Below the pieces are notes generated by a model. The model worked only from the letters and a program-made list of their open reading frames with translations, was not told where the DNA came from and did no database searches. A program made the translations under genes and the position numbers. From Patescibacteria group bacterium (GTDB lineage: Bacteria > Patescibacteriota > Minisyncoccia > Phycocordibacterales > Phycocordibacteraceae), in contig JAGWYL010000002.1 in the NCBI GenBank assembly GCA_018969385.1, positions 289 to 64,288 of the forward strand: a stretch of 64,000 bases of DNA. The letters are read 5' to 3'. Positions 15,940 through 26,594 of this stretch are shown one piece after another (positions within the stretch are counted from its first letter, which is position 1; the number at the start of each line of letters is the position of its first letter).

Positions 15940-18900
15940 ATGCAGAACAAGCCCCTTACCCAGAAGACCTTCGGCGCATACCGCGCGCCGCGCGTCGAGT
16001 TCCCGGACCTCGTCGGCCACCAGCGCGAGTCTTTCGCGTGGTTCCTCAAGGAAGGAATCGGCGAGCTCCTCAAGGAGTTTTCGCCGATTCAGGACTATTC
16101 CGGCAAGAAATTCTCCCTCTCGTTCGAAGGATTCGAGCTCGGAGAACCCAAGTATGACGAGCAGTTCGCGCGCGAGAACCTCCGCACGTACGAGGCGCCC
16201 CTCAAGGTTTCCGTGAAGCTCCTTAATAAGACGCTCGGCACCGAGAAGACGCAGGACATCTTCTTGGCCGATATACCCGTGATGACCCCGCACGGCTCGT
16301 TCATCGTATCCGGCGTCGAGCGCGCCATCGTCCCCCAGCTCGCGCGCTCCTTCGGCGTCTTCTTCCAGTCCGAGCTCATCCGCGGCAAGCAGTACTTCGG
16401 CGCGAAGATAATCCCCGCACGCGGCGCGTGGATAGAGATAGATTCCGAAGCCGACGGCGCCATCTCCGTGAAGCTCGACCGCAAGCGCAAGTTCCCCATA
16501 ACCTCGCTCCTGCGCGTGTTCGGCGCGGAGACGGATGCCGCCATCCTGAAGCTGTTCGCGGGCAACGACGCCGTGCTCTCTTCGATGAAGGCCATGCTCG
16601 AGCACGACCCCGCGAAGACCGTCGAGGAGGCGTACGTCGAGATACACCGCCGCATGCGCGACGGCGACCTCGCCACCGCGGATAACGCGAAGACGTACGT
16701 GAACAGCCTCTTCGCCCCCGAACGCTACGACCTCTCCAAGGTGGGACGCTTCCGCCTGAACCAGCGCTTCGGCCTTTCGACGGCGGAGAAGGACCTCAAG
16801 AAGAAGTCGCTTTCCATCGAGGACCTCGTCCGCATCATCGCGGAGATGGTCCGGCTCAACATCGACCCGTCCGCCGAAGCCGACGACATCGACCACCTCG
16901 GCTTCCGCCGCGTCCGCTTCGTGGGCGAACTCATCCAGCAGCGCCTGCGGGTCGGCATGTCGCGCATGAAGCGCAATATCCAGGACCGCATGAGCACAAT
17001 CGAGAGCGACACCACGCTCCCGATGTCGTTCGTGAACCCGCGTCCGTTCGCCGCGTCCGTGAAGGAATTCTTCACGGCGAACCAGCTTTCGCAGTTCATG
17101 GACCAGCAGAACATCCTCGCGGAACTCGAGAACATGCGCACCCTCTCCGCGCTCGGCCCCGGCGGCCTCACGAGAGAGCGCGCGGGCTTCGAGGTGCGCG
17201 ACGTCCATCCCTCGCACTACGGGCGCCTCTGTCCAATCCATACGCCGGAAGGACAGAACATCGGCCTCATCCTGCGCCTTGCGACGCACGCGCGCACGAA
17301 CGACTTCGGCGTCATCGAGACGCCGTATGCCAGGGTCAAGAACGGCAAGGTCACCGAAGAGATCGAATACCTGAACGCGCTCGACGAAGCGAACGAGATA
17401 ATCGCGCACGGCGCGACGGAAGTCGACGAGAAGGGACGCATCGTCCCCGAGACGCTCGAAGCGCGCCGCGGCGGCGAACCGGCGGTGGTGGCCCGCGAAG
17501 AGGTCACGTTCATCGACGCCTCCACCTACCAGATGTTCTCCGCGGCGACCGCCATGATCCCGTTCGTCGACCACGACGACGCGAACCGCGCGCTCATGGG
17601 TTCGAACATGCAGAAGCAGGCGACCCCGTGCCTCATCCCCGAGGCTCCCTTGGTCGCGACCGGCATCGAAGGGCATGCGGCCCGGAACACCGGACGCCTC
17701 ATCACCGCCGAGGAAGCGGGCGAAGTGTCGTTCGTCGACGCGCGCCGCATCGCGGTGAAGAACAAGGACGGGAAGGCGAAAGAGTACCGCCTCCAGGGAC
17801 TCACGCAGACGAACCAGAACTCCGCATTTAGCCAGCGCCCGTCCGTGCGCCTCGGCGACAAGGTGAAGAAGGGCGATGTCATCGCGGACGCCTCTTCGAG
17901 CGATCGCGGACAGATGGCGCTCGGCCAGAACGCGCGCGTGGCGTTCATGAGCTGGTCCGGCGCGAACTACGAGGACGCCATCATCATCAGCGAGCGGCTC
18001 GTGGAGCAGAGCAAGTTCACGACGGTCCATATCGAAGATTTCGACTGCGTCGTGCGCGACACGAAACTCGGCAGCGAAGTCACGACGCACGACATCCCGA
18101 ACGTCGGCGAGATGCGCCTCAAGAACCTCGATGAGGAGGGCGTCGTGCGCATCGGCGCGGAAGTGCGTCCCGGCGACATACTCGTCGGCAAGGTGACGCC
18201 GAAAGGCGAGACCCAGCTTACGCCGGAAGAGCGGCTCCTCCGCTCCATCTTCGGCGACAAAGCGAAGGACGTGAAGGACACGTCGCTCAGGATGGAAGGC
18301 GGCAAGCGCGGCCGCGTCATCGGCGTCCGGGTGTTTTCGAGGGAAAAGGGCGATCAGCTCGAGAGCGGCACCATCAAGAAGATAGTCGTCACCGTGGCGC
18401 AGGTGCGAAACGTATCCGTGGGCGACAAGCTCGCGGGACGCCACGGCAACAAGGGCGTCATCTCCCGCGTGCTTCCGGTGGAAGACATGCCGTACGACAA
18501 GGACGGCAATCCCATCGACGTCATCCTGACGCCGCTCGGCGTCCCGTCCCGCATGAACCTGGGACAGATACTCGAACTCCACCTCGGGCTTGCGGCGCAT
18601 ACGCTCGACTATCAGGCCGTCGTGCCGCCGTTCGCCGGACCCACCGCGGACGAGATTCACGGCGAGCTCGAGAAGGCGGGCTTCCCGCGTTCCGGAAAGA
18701 TGACGCTCTATGACGGCCGCACGGGCGTCGCGTTCGGCCAGCCTATAGCCGTCGGCTACATGTACATCCTGAAGCTCCATCACATGGTGGAGGACAAGAT
18801 TCACATGCGCTCCATCGGTCCATACTCGCTCATCACGCAGCAGCCCTTGGGCGGCAAGGCGCAGAACGGCGGCCAGCGCTTCGGAGAAATGGAAGTCTGG

Positions 18901-19131
18901 GCTCTCCTCGGCTACGGAAGCGCGTACACGCTCCGCGAGATGCTCACCATCAAGTCCGACGACATCCCGGGACGCTCCGCCGCGTTCGATGCCATCGTGA
19001 AGAAGGAGCCCATCAGCCACACCGGCACGCCGGCGTCGTTCTCCGTTCTCACCAACCAGATACGCGGCCTCGCGCTCGACGTCGACCTCATGGAGACCGC
19101 TCCCGACGAGGACGAGCACTTTAACTCTTAA
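15940..19131 (+). CDS. rpoB: DNA-directed RNA polymerase subunit beta (compact, 1063 aa)
   Basis: Full-length match to RpoB conserved blocks, including the rifampicin cluster region and the C-terminal clamp. Confidence 0.95.
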   Translation: MQNKPLTQKTFGAYRAPRVEFPDLVGHQRESFAWFLKEGIGELLKEFSPIQDYSGKKFSLSFEGFELGEPKYDEQFARENLRTYEAPLKVSVKLLNKTLGTEKTQDIFLADIPVMTPHGSFIVSGVERAIVPQLARSFGVFFQSELIRGKQYFGAKIIPARGAWIEIDSEADGAISVKLDRKRKFPITSLLRVFGAETDAAILKLFAGNDAVLSSMKAMLEHDPAKTVEEAYVEIHRRMRDGDLATADNAKTYVNSLFAPERYDLSKVGRFRLNQRFGLSTAEKDLKKKSLSIEDLVRIIAEMVRLNIDPSAEADDIDHLGFRRVRFVGELIQQRLRVGMSRMKRNIQDRMSTIESDTTLPMSFVNPRPFAASVKEFFTANQLSQFMDQQNILAELENMRTLSALGPGGLTRERAGFEVRDVHPSHYGRLCPIHTPEGQNIGLILRLATHARTNDFGVIETPYARVKNGKVTEEIEYLNALDEANEIIAHGATEVDEKGRIVPETLEARRGGEPAVVAREEVTFIDASTYQMFSAATAMIPFVDHDDANRALMGSNMQKQATPCLIPEAPLVATGIEGHAARNTGRLITAEEAGEVSFVDARRIAVKNKDGKAKEYRLQGLTQTNQNSAFSQRPSVRLGDKVKKGDVIADASSSDRGQMALGQNARVAFMSWSGANYEDAIIISERLVEQSKFTTVHIEDFDCVVRDTKLGSEVTTHDIPNVGEMRLKNLDEEGVVRIGAEVRPGDILVGKVTPKGETQLTPEERLLRSIFGDKAKDVKDTSLRMEGGKRGRVIGVRVFSREKGDQLESGTIKKIVVTVAQVRNVSVGDKLAGRHGNKGVISRVLPVEDMPYDKDGNPIDVILTPLGVPSRMNLGQILELHLGLAAHTLDYQAVVPPFAGPTADEIHGELEKAGFPRSGKMTLYDGRTGVAFGQPIAVGYMYILKLHHMVEDKIHMRSIGPYSLITQQPLGGKAQNGGQRFGEMEVWALLGYGSAYTLREMLTIKSDDIPGRSAAFDAIVKKEPISHTGTPASFSVLTNQIRGLALDVDLMETAPDEDEHFNS

Positions 19132-19141
19132 TCGCACCACC

Positions 19142-22100
19142 ATGGCTTTCACACCGATGACCCCCCGCAAGCGCCTGCCCTCCGGCCCCGACTGGAACGC
19201 GCTCCGGCTCACGCTCGCGAGCCCGGAACGCATCCTCGCGTGGTCCCATGGCGAGGTGACGAAACCCGAGACCATCAACTACCGTACGCAGCGTTCGGAG
19301 AAGCACGGCCTCTTCGACGAGAAGATATTCGGTCCCGAGAAGGACTACGAATGCTACTGCGGCAAATACAAAGGCATCCGCTACAAAGGCATCGTCTGCG
19401 ACAAGTGCGGCGTGGAAATCACCCGTTCCATCGTGCGCCGCGAACGCATGGGCCACATCGAGCTCACGAGCCCGGTGGCGCACATCTGGTTCCTCCGCTC
19501 CGTGCCCTCCCGCATGGCGCTCGTCCTCGGGACGAGCGCGGCCGACCTCGAGAAGGTCGTGTACTTCGCGGGCTACATCGTGACGAAAGTGGACGAAGCG
19601 ATGAAGAAGCGCTTCCTTTCGGAACTCGAGAGCGAGTACAAGACGAAGTACAAGTCCGTGAACACGGACGCCGAGCGCGACGCGCTCAAGGAGAAGATGA
19701 CGCATGCGCGCCAGGAGATCGAGAACGTCGTGTCCGGCCGCGTCTTCGACGAGATAGAGTACCACCGGCACTCCGTGAAATACGGCTCGCTCTTCGAGGC
19801 GCGCACGGGCGCGGAAGCCATCTACGATATCTTCCGCACGCTCGACCTTTCCGCGCTGAAGGCGACGCTCGAAGCGCGCTATGAGCACGCGGGCGCCGCG
19901 GAACGCGAGAAGCTCGCGAAGCGCATCTCGCTCATCTCCGGCATGCTCGCCGCGAACGTCCGCCCCGAGTGGATGTTCCTCACGCGCATCCCGGTCATCC
20001 CGCCGGCGCTCCGGCCCATGGTCGCTCTTGAAGGCGGCCGCCACGCCACCTCCGACGTGAACGACCTCTACCGCCGCGTCATCAACCGCAATAACCGCTT
20101 GAAGAAGCTGAAGGACATCCACGCGCCGGAAGTGATTCTCAGGAACGAGAAGCGCATCCTCCAGGAAGCGGTGGACGCCTTGCTCGACAATTCCATCCGG
20201 AAGGGCGGCGCATCCGCCGGCGCCATGACGCCCGCGCAGCGCCGGCCTCTGAAGAGCCTTGCGGACTACCTGAAGGGCAAGCAGGGCTACTTCCGCCAGA
20301 ACCTGCTCGGCAAGCGCGTGGACTATTCTGGCCGTTCCGTCATCGTCGTCGGTCCGGACCTCGAGCTCGACGAGTGCGGTCTTCCGAAGCACATGGCGCT
20401 CGAGCTCTTCCGCCCGTTCGTCATCGCGGAACTGCTCGCGCGCGAATTCGCGTTCAACATCCGCGGCGCCGGCCGTCTCATCGAAGACGGCGTGCCTGAG
20501 GTGTGGGAAATCCTCGAAGAGGTCATCAAGGGCAAGCACGTGCTCCTCAACCGCGCGCCTACGCTTCACCGCCAGGGCATCCAGGCGTTCCGTCCGCGGC
20601 TCATCGAAGGCGACGCCATCCAGCTGCACCCCTTGGTGTGTCCGGCGTTCAACGCGGACTTCGACGGCGACCAGATGGCCGTGCACGTCCCGCTCTCCGA
20701 AGAGGCGCAGTGGGAGGCGGCGAACATCATGAGCGCGAACAAGAACATCCTGAAGCCGGGTTCCGGCGAGATGATCGTGCTCACCCAGAAGCCGCTCGAC
20801 ATCGTGCTCGGCTGCTACTGGCTCACGAAGGAGATTACGGGCGCGAAGGGCGAAGGCAACTACTTCCCGAATCCGAACGCGGCCATACTCGCGTACGAGT
20901 ACGCGGGCATCGACCTGCGCGCGAAAGTCTTCGTCATGCCGACCGCGGATAAGGCGAAGTACGCGCACTTCGAAGGGAAGCCCTTCGAGACGACGGTCGG
21001 CCGGCTCCTCTTCAACACCGTCCTCCCGTCGGACTATCCGTTCGTGAACGACGCCATCACGAAGAAGGTGCTCTCGAAGATCGTGAACGATTCCATCGAG
21101 CGCTACGGACTCGACCGCGTGCCTTCCATCGTGAACAAGGTGAAGCGCTTCGGCTTCGAGTATGCGACGCGTTCCGGCATCACGTGGGGCATCGACGACG
21201 TGTCGGTTCCCCCCGGCAAGGAAGCGGTCATCGGCGCGGCGCGCGGGAAAGTGCTCGCCATCGACGAAGACTTCAAGAACGGCCTCCTTTCGGCGGATGA
21301 GAAGCGCCGCATGGTCATCGAGATATGGCACGGCGCGCGCCAGGAGGTGGAGAAGCTCGTTGAAGAGACGCTCGACCCCTTGGGTTCCGTATCCGACATG
21401 GTGCGCTCGGGAGCCCGCGGTTCCGTGGGTAACCTCACGCAGATGGTGGGCATGAAGGGGCTCATCCAGTCCACCTCCGGCGACACCATCGAAGTGCCTA
21501 TCACGTCCTCCATGAGCGAGGGCTTGAATCCCATCGAGTACTTCATGTCGACGCACGGCTCCCGCAAGGGTCTCACGGACACGGCGCTCGGCACCGCGAA
21601 GGCGGGATACCTCACGCGCCGCCTCTTCGACGTCGCGCAGGATTCCATCATCACGGAGCAGGATTGCGCCACGAAGCGCGGCATCTCCATCAACCGCACG
21701 TCCGCATCGGGCATCCACATAAACTTCGCCGAAGCGGTGCGCGGGCGCTACCTCGCCGCGGACGCGGTCGCCAAGGACGGCGCCGTCGTCGCGAAGAAGG
21801 GAACGTACCTTGAGGCGGAAATCGCGAAGCAGCTCGCCGATTCGGATATCCAGACGGTCACCGTCCGCTCCCCGATGTCGTGCGAGACGCGCTTCGGCAT
21901 CTGCGCGCACTGCTACGGCATGGACCTGACGACGCAGCGGCTCGTCGACCTCGGCGAAGCCGTCGGCACCGTGGCCGCGCAGGCCATCGGCGAACCGGGC
22001 ACCCAGCTCACGATGCGTACCTTCCACGCGGGCGGTACGGCATCGGTGGGCGGCGACATCACGCAGGGTCTCCCGCGCGTGGAAGAAGTGTTCGAGAAGC

Positions 22101-22870
22101 GCTCGCCGAAGAACTCGGCGGTCGTCTCGAAGTCCGACGGCATCGTCGTCGAGATACGGGAGGAAAGCCGCGAGAAAGTCATCGTCGTCGCTCCTGCGGC
22201 GGGCCAGGGCAAGAAGGACGGCTCGTCGTTCGAGTATCTCGCGCACTATCCGCGCCAGTCGCTCGTGAAGCCGGGGCAGGAGGTCAAGAAGGGCCAGATA
22301 CTCACGGACGGTTCCGCCGACCTCGACGAGCTGTTCGAGCACGCCGGCCGCGCCGCGACGCAGGAGTACATCATCGCGGAAGCGAGCAAGATCTACGAGC
22401 TCCAGGGCGCATCCGTCTCGCGCAAGCACCTCGAGGTCATCGTGAAGCAGATGTTCTCCCGCGCGCGCATCACGGAGCCCGGAGACACGGACTACTCCGT
22501 CGGCGATGTCGTCGAGGACTGGGAATTCAATGATGCGGTGAAGGCGCTCGCGGATGCCGGCAAGATAGAACCGAAAGCGAAGTCCATCGTGCTCGGCATC
22601 AAGGAGTCCGCGCTTTCGCGCCGCTCCTTCCTCTCCGCGGCGTCCTTCGAACAGACGACGAAGATACTCATCAACGCCGCGCTCAAGGGAAGCGTGGACC
22701 GGCTGAAGGGACTCAAGGAGAACGTCATTCTGGGGCGGCTCATCCCCGCCGGCACCGGCTTCCCGGGAAGCCGGAAGTTCGCGGATGTCGCCGTCCTCGC
22801 GGAGAGGCGCCGCCGCGACCGCGAAGCATCCGAAGTGGCGCTGCCGGTCCAGAAGGCGCGGGCGGTTTAG
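19142..22870 (+). CDS. rpoC: DNA-directed RNA polymerase subunit beta-prime
   Basis: N-terminal zinc finger CYCGKYKG...CDKCG, catalytic NADFDGDQMAVH, C-terminal Zn site SCETRFGICAHCYG. Confidence 0.95.
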   Translation: MAFTPMTPRKRLPSGPDWNALRLTLASPERILAWSHGEVTKPETINYRTQRSEKHGLFDEKIFGPEKDYECYCGKYKGIRYKGIVCDKCGVEITRSIVRRERMGHIELTSPVAHIWFLRSVPSRMALVLGTSAADLEKVVYFAGYIVTKVDEAMKKRFLSELESEYKTKYKSVNTDAERDALKEKMTHARQEIENVVSGRVFDEIEYHRHSVKYGSLFEARTGAEAIYDIFRTLDLSALKATLEARYEHAGAAEREKLAKRISLISGMLAANVRPEWMFLTRIPVIPPALRPMVALEGGRHATSDVNDLYRRVINRNNRLKKLKDIHAPEVILRNEKRILQEAVDALLDNSIRKGGASAGAMTPAQRRPLKSLADYLKGKQGYFRQNLLGKRVDYSGRSVIVVGPDLELDECGLPKHMALELFRPFVIAELLAREFAFNIRGAGRLIEDGVPEVWEILEEVIKGKHVLLNRAPTLHRQGIQAFRPRLIEGDAIQLHPLVCPAFNADFDGDQMAVHVPLSEEAQWEAANIMSANKNILKPGSGEMIVLTQKPLDIVLGCYWLTKEITGAKGEGNYFPNPNAAILAYEYAGIDLRAKVFVMPTADKAKYAHFEGKPFETTVGRLLFNTVLPSDYPFVNDAITKKVLSKIVNDSIERYGLDRVPSIVNKVKRFGFEYATRSGITWGIDDVSVPPGKEAVIGAARGKVLAIDEDFKNGLLSADEKRRMVIEIWHGARQEVEKLVEETLDPLGSVSDMVRSGARGSVGNLTQMVGMKGLIQSTSGDTIEVPITSSMSEGLNPIEYFMSTHGSRKGLTDTALGTAKAGYLTRRLFDVAQDSIITEQDCATKRGISINRTSASGIHINFAEAVRGRYLAADAVAKDGAVVAKKGTYLEAEIAKQLADSDIQTVTVRSPMSCETRFGICAHCYGMDLTTQRLVDLGEAVGTVAAQAIGEPGTQLTMRTFHAGGTASVGGDITQGLPRVEEVFEKRSPKNSAVVSKSDGIVVEIREESREKVIVVAPAAGQGKKDGSSFEYLAHYPRQSLVKPGQEVKKGQILTDGSADLDELFEHAGRAATQEYIIAEASKIYELQGASVSRKHLEVIVKQMFSRARITEPGDTDYSVGDVVEDWEFNDAVKALADAGKIEPKAKSIVLGIKESALSRRSFLSAASFEQTTKILINAALKGSVDRLKGLKENVILGRLIPAGTGFPGSRKFADVAVLAERRRRDREASEVALPVQKARAV

Positions 22871-22875
22871 GGCGC

Positions 22876-22902
22876 GCGGCGGCCCCGCTGCGGGGCCGCC
22901 GC
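22876..22902 (+). terminator. GC-rich perfect 27-nt palindrome immediately after the rpoC stop (U-tract-less terminator candidate)
   Basis: gcggcggccccgc-t-gcggggccgccgc; no downstream U-run, as in I-shaped terminators of high-GC bacteria. Confidence 0.35.
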
Positions 22903-22938
22903 TTACGTGCCGGTCGAACGCGATAAAACTTCACACTA

Positions 22939-24636
22939 ATGGCAACCGACACCGTACAGAAGATAAAAGACAGGCTGTCGATTATCGATGTGGTGACGCC
23001 GTATGTGAAATTGACGAAAGCGGGACGGTACCATAAGGGACTCTCGCCGTTCAACAAGGAGAAGACGCCGTCGTTTTTCGTATCTCCTGACCGCGGTTCG
23101 TACTACTGCTTCTCAAGCGGGCAGGGAGGCGACATGTTCACGTTCATCGAGAAGATGGAGGGCGTTGATTTCAAGGGCGCGCTCGCGATTCTCGCGGAGA
23201 AGGCGGGCGTGGAGCTCGTCTACGAGCGCGGCGCCGACCGTTCGAAGAACGACCGGCTCTTCGAAGCCGTCGCGCGAGCCGAGCAATCCTTCGCGCGCGG
23301 CCTCACCCCGGAAAGCGGCGCATACGCGTACGCCCGCTCGCGCGGCCTCACGGACGCGACGATTCGCGCGTGGAATCTCGGCGTCGCGCCGGACGCCTGG
23401 CGCGCGCTCCTCGAAGAGGAGACGGGACTCGGGTTCTCGGTTCCGGAGCTGGTCGCCGCAGGCCTCGTGAAGGAAGCGGACGGCAAGCCGGGAACGTTCT
23501 ATGACCGCTTCCGGAACCGTCTCATGTTCCCGATACGGGATACGGCGGGACGCGCCGTCGCGTTCACGGGACGCGCGCTCGATGCGGGAAACGAAGCGAA
23601 GTACCTTAACAGTCCGGAGACGGACCTGTTCAAGAAATCGGAGGTGCTCTTCGGCATGCACGCGGCCAAGGATGCGATACGCACGCGCGGCTTCGCGCTC
23701 CTCGTCGAGGGTCAGATGGACCTCCTGCATGCGCACCAGGCGGGATTCGCGAACACCGTCGCGCTCTCCGGGACGGCGCTCTCCGAGCGGCACATAGCGC
23801 TCATCATGCGCTATAGCGAGAATCTCATGCTCGCGCTCGACGCGGACCGCGCGGGCATCACTGCAGCCGGCAAGAGTGCCGTGCTCGCGCTCCGGAAGGG
23901 CATGCGCGTGAAAGCGGTGCGCCTGCCGAAAGGGCAGGACCCCGCGGACGTCATCGGTAAGGACCCGGAAGATTTCGCGCGGCGCGTGCGGGACGCGAAG
24001 CCCATCGTCGAGTTCTACCTCGACACGCTCGTCGAGAGCGAAGGGGACCCGCACCGGCTCGTGCTCGCCGCGGAGCGGCTCGTGCTCCCTCTCGTGCGCG
24101 CGATGCAAAGCCCGATGGAGCGCGAACATTTCATCGGCGTCATCGCGCGGAGGCTCGGCATCGCGGAAACCGGCGTGCGCGGCGCGCTCGCCCGGCTTCC
24201 GGAAGATGCCGTGCCTATAGGACGAGCGCCGGAGGCGGCGGCGCTTCCGGAAGCGGACGAAGACCCCGCCGCGCTCATGCTCGCCGCCGCCGCGCGCGCA
24301 TATCCGGGTACCGCGCTTGAAAAGCACGTGAAAAGTGAGTACGCTCGTATTACCGGGATGCCGCTTGATGATGCGGCGAACATTCCCGAACGCTATCTCT
24401 TCGAGGCCGAGGCGGTCATCGGGGAGGCGCCGGAGCCCGCGAGCGCGGCTGACCTCGTGCTTCGGTTCGAGCGCGCCTACGTGCGGAGCCTCCTCAAGGC
24501 CGCGGGCAAGAGCATCGCGCTTTCGGAAGCGGCGGGCGACGCGAACGAGCTCGCCGCGGCGACCGCGCGGTGGAGCGAGCTCGCGAAACGCGTCAAGGAA
24601 ACGGAGGCGCAGCCGAGCCCGAAGCCGCATCACTAG
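22939..24636 (+). CDS. dnaG: DNA primase DnaG with degenerate zinc-ribbon ligands
   Basis: TOPRIM region [20 protein letters not shown]...EGQMDL present. N-terminal ZBD reads SPFN...CFSSGQGG instead of CPFH...CFGCG. Confidence 0.9.
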   Translation: MATDTVQKIKDRLSIIDVVTPYVKLTKAGRYHKGLSPFNKEKTPSFFVSPDRGSYYCFSSGQGGDMFTFIEKMEGVDFKGALAILAEKAGVELVYERGADRSKNDRLFEAVARAEQSFARGLTPESGAYAYARSRGLTDATIRAWNLGVAPDAWRALLEEETGLGFSVPELVAAGLVKEADGKPGTFYDRFRNRLMFPIRDTAGRAVAFTGRALDAGNEAKYLNSPETDLFKKSEVLFGMHAAKDAIRTRGFALLVEGQMDLLHAHQAGFANTVALSGTALSERHIALIMRYSENLMLALDADRAGITAAGKSAVLALRKGMRVKAVRLPKGQDPADVIGKDPEDFARRVRDAKPIVEFYLDTLVESEGDPHRLVLAAERLVLPLVRAMQSPMEREHFIGVIARRLGIAETGVRGALARLPEDAVPIGRAPEAAALPEADEDPAALMLAAAARAYPGTALEKHVKSEYARITGMPLDDAANIPERYLFEAEAVIGEAPEPASAADLVLRFERAYVRSLLKAAGKSIALSEAAGDANELAAATARWSELAKRVKETEAQPSPKPHH

Positions 24637-24655
24637 CAATTACTATCACACGCAT

Positions 24656-25915
24656 ATGGCAAAAGCCGCACGAACCAAAGCGAAGAGACGTCCGTCCGCA
24701 CGCAGCGCGAAGCCGGCTGCCCGGCGGAGCTCGCATAAGCCCGCTCCGAAGAAGTCGAAACGGCCGGTGAAAAAGACGAGAGCCGCCGCGAAGCCCAAGA
24801 AGGCGGCGCATCCCGCCGTGAAGCCTTCCGCGAAGAAGGCGCCGCGCGGCGGGGACCGCAACGCGCTCGCGGACGCGCTCATTGCGAAGGGGAAAGAGCG
24901 CGGCTACATCACCTATAACGAGATACTGAAGGAGTTCCCGACCATCGAGAACGACATCTCGTTCCTCGACACGCTCTACGAGCGTTTTTCCACGGCCGGC
25001 ATCGACATCCTCGAAGGCGGCATGCTCGAAGATAACGCCGACGAATACCTCGCGACCCGCAACATAAAGAGCCGCGAATCGTCCGGATACGATTCCATTC
25101 AGATCTATCTGCGCGAGATAGGCCAGTATCCGCTCCTCACCGCGGCGGAAGAGCGCGAGCTCGCACAGCGCATCGCGGCGGGCGACGACGAGGCGAGGAA
25201 CATCCTCGCGCGCTCGAACCTGCGCCTCGTGGTTTCCATAGCGAAGAAATACGTAGGCCGCTCTCCGGACCTCACGCTTCTCGACCTCATCCAGGAAGGG
25301 AACCTCGGCCTCTTCAAGGCGGTCGACAAGTTCGACTGGAAGAAGGGATACAAGTTTTCCACGTACGCGACGTGGTGGATACGCCAGGCCATCACCCGCG
25401 CGCTCGCGGACCAGTCCCGTACCATCCGCATCCCCGTGCACATGGTGGAGACCATCGCGAAGTACAAGCAGGTGTCCCGCCGCCTCGCGCAGGCCTTGGG
25501 CCGCGACCCGCAGCCCGAAGAGATAGCGGTGGAGATGGGCGTCGAGCCGGAGAAGATATACCAGATCGAGAAGATAAATCAGGACACGCTTTCGCTCGAG
25601 AATCCGGTCGGTTCGGACGACGACGAGAAGTCCACGCTCGGCGACTTCATCGCGGACGACAAGATTCCCTCGCCCGTGCAGGAATCCTCGGAGCGCATCC
25701 TCGGCGAACAGGTGCGCGACATCCTCGGCGACCTCTCGCCCAAGGAGCGCAAGATACTCGAGATGCGCCACGGGCTCCAAGACGGCGTCTACCACACGCT
25801 CGAAGAAGTGGGGAAGGAGTTCGGCGTGACTAGGGAGCGCATCCGGCAGATCGAAGCGAAGGCGCTCGAGAAGATACGCACGCACGACAAGTCCCGCCGG
25901 CTGAAGAGCTACTAG
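24656..25915 (+). CDS. rpoD: RNA polymerase sigma-70 factor, primary-like
   Basis: Lys/Ala-rich N-terminus; region 2 ([45 protein letters not shown]) and region 4 ([24 protein letters not shown]). Start moved to ATG at 24656. Confidence 0.9.
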   Translation: MAKAARTKAKRRPSARSAKPAARRSSHKPAPKKSKRPVKKTRAAAKPKKAAHPAVKPSAKKAPRGGDRNALADALIAKGKERGYITYNEILKEFPTIENDISFLDTLYERFSTAGIDILEGGMLEDNADEYLATRNIKSRESSGYDSIQIYLREIGQYPLLTAAEERELAQRIAAGDDEARNILARSNLRLVVSIAKKYVGRSPDLTLLDLIQEGNLGLFKAVDKFDWKKGYKFSTYATWWIRQAITRALADQSRTIRIPVHMVETIAKYKQVSRRLAQALGRDPQPEEIAVEMGVEPEKIYQIEKINQDTLSLENPVGSDDDEKSTLGDFIADDKIPSPVQESSERILGEQVRDILGDLSPKERKILEMRHGLQDGVYHTLEEVGKEFGVTRERIRQIEAKALEKIRTHDKSRRLKSY

Positions 25916-25918
25916 AAC

Positions 25919-26005
25919 CCGTTTCAAAAACCGGCTCGGGGTGCACGGTTCGGAAGCGAACTCTCTTCAGGCTTCCGAACCGTGCACCCCGAGCCGGACG
26001 TTTTG
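25919..26005. repeat. palindromic MITE/REP-like element, copy E2, immediately 3' of rpoD and 5' of the hydrogenase-like cluster
   Basis: cgtttcaaaaaccggctcggggtgcacggttcggaagc - gaactctcttcag - gcttccgaaccgtgcaccccgagccgg - acgttttg; perfect 28-bp stem. Confidence 0.8.
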
Positions 26006-26062
26006 CACACGGTACGCCCTGGACATTCGCTTCGCGCAGGCATAGAGTACTCCGCATCCGTC

Positions 26063-26584
26063 ATGCTTTCGCTTCTCGCCAAGATAGTCGCGACCGGCTC
26101 GATTACCGAGCCGGTTTCGACATTCCCCGAACCGGAACTCGGGGAAACGGGAGAGAACCTGAAGGCGGCCATAGGAGCGCTCTACGGCGGCCGCTCGCTC
26201 CATATCCGGCATGTGGACGCCGGCTCGAACAACGGGGAAGAGTACGAGATGACGGCGCTCGGGAACGCCTTCTATGACGTCGAGCGCTTCGGGCTCTCAT
26301 TCGTGGCATCGCCGCGGCACGCGGACATCCTTACCGTTTCCGGTCCGGTGACGCGCAACATGGAACACGCGCTCCGTACCGCGTATGAACTCATGCCCGC
26401 GCCGCGCATCGTGGTCGCGGTGGGCGACGGCGCCGTGACGGGCGGCATCTGGAAAGGCTCGTACGCCGTCGTCGGCCCCGTGGACTTGGTGATACCGGTG
26501 GACGTGCGCATCCCGGGCGACCCGCCCGCGCCCGCCGACATCCTCGCGGGCCTTCTCGCCGCGGTGCGCAAGGGGCGCTCCTGA
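26063..26584 (+). CDS. NuoB/HycG-like small subunit homolog lacking all [4Fe-4S] cysteine ligands (Ehr-type)
   Basis: Conserved NuoB blocks FVASPRHADILTVSGPVT and IPVDVRIPG present. The Cys motifs CNGCE / GSCA / PGCPP read SNNGEE / GDGA / PGDPP. Start set at ATG 26063 (the track GTG start lies inside element E2). Confidence 0.8.
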   Translation: MLSLLAKIVATGSITEPVSTFPEPELGETGENLKAAIGALYGGRSLHIRHVDAGSNNGEEYEMTALGNAFYDVERFGLSFVASPRHADILTVSGPVTRNMEHALRTAYELMPAPRIVVAVGDGAVTGGIWKGSYAVVGPVDLVIPVDVRIPGDPPAPADILAGLLAAVRKGRS

Positions 26585-26594
26585 CGATTCGCGT

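Noticed and set aside
15847-22429. Two giant minus-strand ORFs (1143 and 1102 aa) antisense to rpoB and rpoC
   Set aside because: Arg/Ala/Gly/Glu-rich with no domain signal. rpoB and rpoC on the plus strand are unambiguous. These are classic high-GC stop-codon-poor antisense artefacts.
25982-26062. Upstream GTG start for the small-subunit homolog (track ORF 25982..26584)
   Set aside because: The first 27 codons lie inside the palindromic element E2 and have no counterpart in NuoB-like proteins. The ATG at 26063 gives a protein of normal length.
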